From the NCBI GenBank assembly GCA_963693365.1, contig CAVNZM010000007.1, forward strand, positions 7,003,962 through 7,067,961: 64,000 nt of DNA, given 5' to 3'. Shown in pieces: positions 57,973-64,000 of the stretch. The position numbers and the translations under genes are program-made. The stretch is from Amoebidium appalachense (taxonomy: Eukaryota > Protista > Ichthyosporea). Positions within the stretch are counted from its first letter, which is position 1. Every line of letters begins with the position of its first letter. The notes under the pieces were generated by a model, which did not search any database, was not told the DNA's origin, and worked only from the letters and a program-made list of their open reading frames with translations.

Positions 57973-60843
57973 ATGCGTAGGTGTGCAGGTCTTCTCGCAG
58001 CCACATGCTTGGCACACACAGCCCATGCCCAGCTCATCGACAGCAGTAATGGGAACATTCAAGCCTTCCTAGACCCCAACATCGACAGCTCAGGAAACGA
58101 GGGTGTGAAATGTCCGCCTGGGTTTTACATGTTCTCCTTTGAAAATGGTATGTAAACAAGTTTGCATTCCTTAGTTATATTTATGCCTTTGGACGCTTCA
58201 GTGATCACAATTGTATTGTATATTGCGTATTTGCATGTGTACGTGTCGAGGGAGCTCTCTCTAGCTGGTGTACATATGCCCCTTGCTGTGAAAAAAATAC
58301 CCTTCTTTGCTTCGTTGTCTTTCCAGCAAAAGCCCTCAAATAGCTTCCCCTAATGGTTTTGCGTTCTGCATGCACCACTACGTATTAGCTAGATAATAAC
58401 TATAGATAATCGTTAATTCAAGAAATTTTATCTAGGATTTCAATGCCTGTACATGCTCTGTATGTACCTCATGCTCAACCTTTCCATACAGGCCTGGCCG
58501 GCATGGGATGCATATCCGAGTGTCCGAGTTGGACCACTCCAATAGACGGTGTGTGCGTAAACGTTGTGCCACCTGTGACGTGTCAGGCAAACCAACGCCT
58601 TGTCAACGGCAACTGCGTGACCGTGTGTGCAACTGGTAGTCAATGGAACGGACGGCAGTGTGTAAGGTGTCGGTCAGGTTTCCAATGGAGTGGGACAGGT
58701 AAATCGTGTGTTGACATAAATGAGTGCAGAACCCTGCGCCCAGCCTGCCAGGCGGGGTGTGTGAACACGCGTGGAAGCTACTACTGCCTTTGCAGGCGTC
58801 CCAACGGGTCGGTTGTTAAATGCGGAACCGTCACCACTACACAGCCATCTCCTCCTCCCACCATTACAACAACAACAACAACAACCACTCGTCCCCCATT
58901 TTCCAGTGACCCGCTACCATCCATCACTACTCCCGTCCCCGTCTCTTCTACCACCACTACAACAACTACAACACCGCCACCCACCACCACCACCACCACC
59001 ACCCGGCCAACCACTACTACAACAGTTCCCACCACCACTACTACTACCACCACTACAACCACCACTACTCCCCGCCCCACAACCACCACTACACGTCCCA
59101 CCACCACCACCACCACCACCACTACTCGCCCCAACCACCACCACCACCACCACCACCACCACCACCACCACCACCACACCAACCCCGACCCCGGATCTCT
59201 GTGCTGGTCTAGTGGATGCCCAAGGAAGGCGTGTGCGCATGGAATGGCGGGAACTGAGCCCGGCCCAGAAATCCAACTACATCAACGCCGTGAAAGAGCT
59301 ATTCTTGTCAGGCAAATGGGAAACAGTCAAATCCGCACATTGGCATCCCGACACCCAAACCTATGGCCACAATAGCAACGCATTCCTTCCGTGGCACCGG
59401 CAGATGTTGATGATGTATGAAAATCAGTTGCGCAGCCTGGGAGGTACCTACTCGTGCATCACTCTGCCATACTGGGACTGGACTCAGGATGTGAAGGATG
59501 TGCCCACCACACGTCCAACCATTTCCGTCGTGGAGGACTGGAATGGCATCGGTCTGTATCCCTCCCTCCCAAGGCTCCCCCCCCCCCCCCCCCCCCCCCC
59601 GGGAACCCCTTCTACGCAGCAATCGCTGGTACACCTAGAACACTGCCCTTTCTCTCAAACTTTTGCCTTCCCCCGTTCCCCCCCCTTCAACCCGCAACAC
59701 ACACACTCACCCACCCACCCAATTGCAAGCCTTCTCCCTTCCAATACCCCCCCCCCCCCCCCTCTCTCTCTCTCTCTCTCACCCCCCCCCCCCCCCCCCC
59801 CCCCCCGCCCCCAAAGATGGCTGGCTACCTCACCTTTCCCCAATAAAACTTGAAAATACCAAAATATTTAACTAACCTAAGTTTTTTACCCTCTGCAGGT
59901 GCCTCTTGCGTGATCGACAACTTCATTGGTCGTGTACGCTACGGACCCGACAATCAGTGCGTCACCCGTCCATTTGACCGCACATGGACCACCCTCGGTC
60001 CCTCCCAATTTGCCGCCGGTGTCGTTAACCGCACCATGTTCGACAGTTTCAATACCTGGGTTCGACAGTTTCAATACCTGGGCTAAGGGTTGGCACGGTA
60101 CGATTCACGTGAACGTTGCCGGAACCATGAGCGATATTCTCTACTCACCCAACGACCCTCTTTTCTTCCTCCACCACACTTTCGTCGACAAGATGTGGGC
60201 GACTTGGCAGGCGTGCCAGGGTTTTGACAAAGACCCAGGAAGCGTTGTTTCTACCGCAGTCTACACTACAAACTGGGTGACCATGCCACATGGGTTTGAT
60301 GATCAGATGGCCGTGTTTAATTTCCCCGTCACGCCTCGCAACGTTCACGACATTAACGTCATGGGGTACACCTACGCATCGGACGCGATGGATCGCTCCA
60401 CCTATATCACTCTCCTTTCTACGTGCCCCCGTCCCGTTCCCTGGGCGCGTCGCCTTCTCAGCAGCCCAGTGTCAATGTCGGCGCCTCAAACAAGACTTGT
60501 CAATACCCCCTTTTCTGTTAGCCCCCAGGTTACCACCGTTGACCCTGATTCCAACCGCGTAATTTCTGCGCCTCTCAGCACTGTTTCCAACTTTGTGGAT
60601 AAATCTGGTGCGATTACCGTTGAGGCGGTGGTGCGTGCGTCCGTTTCCGATACAGCCAATCAGCTGTTCCAGGAGGCGCTTGCCAGGGCACCGGCTGTTA
60701 CCTCAAATCCCGCCGAGCAGCGAAAGGTGGCCCTTGTTCACGCGGCCAGGGTTGAATGTGAGGGTCTACCCCCCAGGGAGCGCCTGCCTGCCGAGTGGCA
60801 AGCGCTCATGGGAATTCAGGACAATGAGCCCCTATGCCCGTAA
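57973..60843 (+). CDS. Secreted tyrosinase (type-3 di-copper) with Cys-rich/Ca-binding EGF-like region and Thr/Pro-rich stalk; two frameshifts (exons 57973-58147, 58492-59551, 59899-60843)
   Basis: Signal-peptide-like N-terminus MRRCAGLLAATCLAHTAHA. EGF_CA-like CVDINECRTLRPACQAGCVNTRGSYYCLC. Tyrosinase motifs RVRMEWRELS, CuA AHWH..GHNSNAFLPWHR, LPYWDW, and CuB WHGTIH...SPNDPLFFLHHTFVDKMW. Both introns are phase-1 GT-AG. There is a +1 shift near 59130 in the Thr repeat and a 22-bp duplication at 60039-60082. Confidence 0.9.
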
Positions 60844-61416
60844 AATGTATATAGTGTTTCATCTGTAGATAAATATAATCTTAGCCTGCAGAATCTGCCG
60901 AGATGTGCTATAAAGTTCAGTGGTAATACTGATTGGAATGATAATCATTGGCAGCCTAAAAAAATGTGCCCACGAGGTAGAAAATTAGTATGTAGGATGT
61001 CATCAGGTGTGTAGTGGCATTGTATGTTCACCACCTGACGCGTATGGCTGAATTCTCGTATTATTCAAGAGTATTAGTTACAAATAAAGCATTAAAATTT
61101 AGTATAATTTAGGTTCTTGGTATACATACGATATTTACTGGCGTTACAGTGTCTACGCAACCAAATGGCCTGCTCCATGTAAGAGCTCCCTTTCCCCTCC
61201 CCCCCTCCCCCCTCCCCGGGGGATTTTTAGGGATCATATACCACCTCCGAGTTGCAACAACTACGGTGGATGCACTGACTGATTCACGCCGTGGTCTGTC
61301 ACACACGCACACACACACACGCACACACACACACACACAAACACGGCACACCGTGACACACATACATACACACACACACACACACACACGCGCGCACGCA
61401 CGCGTGCGCGCGCACG

Positions 61417-61477
<61 letters not shown>

Positions 61478-61725
61478 CGCACAGAAACACACATACACAC
61501 ACTCACGCACGTGCTCGCGCGCGCTCACACACACACGCACACGCAGGTGACGCCCGCCCCACGTGCGCACACACACACACACACACACACGCCACCGTGC
61601 GTGCACACGCACGCACACACGCACACACGCACACACGCACACACGCACACACACACATGCGCACACAGGTGCGCCCGCGCACACAAACACACACACTGGT
61701 GCGCACACGGAGACATGCACTTATG

Positions 61726-61830
<105 letters not shown>

Positions 61831-61990
61831 AAACGTGCACACCCACCCACACACACACGCACATGCACACACCGTGACATGCACACAGTTACTCACTTAC
61901 ATACTCAATATGTAATGCAGGCAGTTGCTACGTATGAGCCTGGGCTAGGCACGTGACAGCACAGATATAGACACTAGTGTACGTACTGCA

Positions 61991-63044
61991 CACTAAGGGT
62001 ATGTACATCTATCTGGAAATTCTCGGGAAATTTAGGTACCTTGCCGGAAAGGAAAGTTGCCGGAAAGATAGGTGAAATTTTGGGAAAGGAGCGAGAAATT
62101 TAGGATATCGTGGGATGGATGATCTTGTTTGATCCGAGCGATCTATCTCGGGAATTTCGAAAAAAGGAGGCCGGAAAGATCCAAATTTCTCGTGGTCTAG
62201 GGGTATGTATGTGGTATATAGGGTATGGTTTACCGGCTTTTGCCCTCTTCCTTTGGAAGGCACATGATTGGACTGCAAGACTCGTAAACAAACCAAAAAA
62301 GGTGGGAGTCTTAACCATGTCCAATGACACTGTTTTCCTGAGAGAGGGGCGATGGGATTGTTTGTAATCCAATCAAAGTGAGCATAACAAGAGCTTGACC
62401 GTAGGCTAACTATATAATTGACCGGAACACTGGCGGGCCCGCCAGTGCAGCCTAAGCACCACTTTAAAAAAAATTACTCTTGGAGGGAAACGATTGTAGT
62501 GGCTGAAATCGCAAGATTAATGTAATTGGCAGCATTCAACCAATGAAAACAAATGTTTGCAAGCGATTGTTGACACTTTGGAAGGGTATATATGCTGTAA
62601 CTTGCAATTGCACTTGACAGAAACACCGTACGATTTCTACTTGTACTCGAATCTCTTCAAAATGGCCTCATTCTCTGCTGCAGCTGTCAGCATTACGAAA
62701 CGTAAAAGTACCACTTCCACTTTTCTGGTGGCCGATCTCGTTGCCACTGAGCCCACCAACCATGAAGTGTGTGCGCGTGTGCGCGTGTGTGCCTGTGTAC
62801 ACTTTGTGCGCGTGCGTGTGTATATGTGTTTATGGCGAGAAATTTCGAAAGAAATTTAGGTAGCTTTCGAGAAAGACGGGAAATTTCTTGGAAAGATAGG
62901 TACCTGGTGGGAAAGATTTTGGGAAAGATAGGTTCATTTTTCAAGAATTTCCGGGAAAGGATCTAGGAAAGTTAGGTCGATTTTGGGAAAGATTGGGAAA
63001 AATCTAAAAGAAAGATAGGTTTTTTTTGAGATAGATTTGTAGTG
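61991..63044. mobile_element. Possible CACTA/EnSpm-type transposon remnant with subterminal repeats
   Basis: The right end reads CACTACAAATCTATCTC on the - strand (TAGTG at 63040-63044). GAAAGATAGGT, GGGAAAG and AAATTTAGGTA motifs cluster at 62010-62190 and 62835-63035. A degenerate CACTA...ATCTATCT starts at 61991. No matching 3-bp TSD was found. Confidence 0.4.
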
Positions 63045-63438
63045 CTTCAAGTTATACCTGTTCTTCGTACAGTCATGTTAGGGGGGAGGGGGGGGGGGGG
63101 GGGGGGGGGGGGCTAGCTTTCATTCCGAAGTTTACTGTAAAGAATTAAAATTTAGAATCTGAGTAATAGTACAGAGCCTTTGCACTTTTCTCTGTTTGTT
63201 AGGAATTCTTTGTGATCGAGAGTATGGTGTGTTAGACTATTGGTGTTAATGTGTCCTGGAAGGTGTATAATGTCTGCTGGCCGTAGTCAGTATCTATTTT
63301 TAGGTATATAGTATATTTTTAAATGTTGGCCGCTGGCCAACAAATAGCAAATAATAAACACACGATAAAGTCAACAGCGTGCCAAAAAACTAATCCCCAG
63401 CGAGCGCACCCAGTGATGTGTGTGTGTGTGTGTGTGTC

Positions 63439-63498
<60 letters not shown>

Positions 63499-64000
63499 CG
63501 CGCGCGTGCGTGCGTGTGTGTGTGTGTGTGCGTGCGTGCGTGTGTGTGTGCGTGTGTGCGTGTGTGCGTGTGTGCGTGTGTGTGTGTGAGTGTGTGTGTG
63601 TGTGTGTGTATGTGTGGTGTGGTGTGTGCGCGGCTTGTACATATGTACGTGTTCATGTGCACCTGTGTCGGACCTACGAAGTACATGAAAGTAAATTTTG
63701 ACAGCATCGATCTGCCGGTGTGTATGTGTATGTGTGCCAGTGCAGCAGGTGTGCCTTGTAACTGATAGCTTCGCATTTTACGTGTGTGTATATATAGTAG
63801 TACGCATAGACACTTGCTGATCATTCGGATCGACATTAATATTTAATCTGTCGGTCCTCGGTTTTTTGAGTGAATGATGATCAAGTGTAAGAGCATTCAC
63901 TTGGCAAGTATTAATGTTGCAGAGGCTAGCTGCAGCTGCAAGCGTCGGATGCACACTGACAATTGTCTTTTCAGCGAGTCTAACCTGCAGGCAGCAGCTG

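Noticed and set aside
59133-59177. Poly-His tract (about 14 H) in the 58443 ORF as a metal-binding motif
   Set aside because: It is the (ACC)n Thr repeat read out of frame after a +1 slip; the tyrosinase domain continues in the Thr frame.
62428-62460. Palindrome plus CTAA as a Helitron 3' end
   Set aside because: The spacing is short, the following base is not T, and no 5' TC end or second copy was seen.

Overview
Intron-rich eukaryotic genomic DNA saturated with poly-C/poly-G tracts and (CA)n, (TC)n and (TTCC)n microsatellites, so most long ORFs in the supplied track are low-complexity artefacts. Reading GT-AG junctions and codon phase by hand gives five gene-level results. (1) An apparently intact 4-exon + strand gene (427-4826, about 626 aa) with a coiled coil and a C-terminal PWWP-like motif, plus a diverged paralog on the - strand (about 16.9-20.7 kb). 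(2) Two paralogous degenerate - strand genes of unknown function (13.0-16.1 kb and 41.0-43.9 kb). (3) A large + strand gene (25.4-37.4 kb) with three SAND/ULTRAPETALA-like Cys/His domains, each split by a phase-0 intron at the same position. (4) An intron-containing Ldh_2 (YbiC/HcxB-like) dehydrogenase pseudogene with its 5' half on the - strand (51.5-56.0 kb) and its 3' half on the + strand (47.2-49.4 kb). (5) A secreted EGF + Thr-rich stalk + tyrosinase gene (57973-60843) with two frameshifts. There is also an 828-bp TIR element with a target-site duplication, a roughly 200-bp structured dispersed repeat in 4 copies, a CACTA-like end and several tandem duplications. Family assignments come from remembered motifs, not database searches. 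Single-base indels are common, so assembly error cannot be separated from true pseudogenisation. The organism cannot be identified; a green-lineage alga or plant is only a weak inference from the ULT-like domain.
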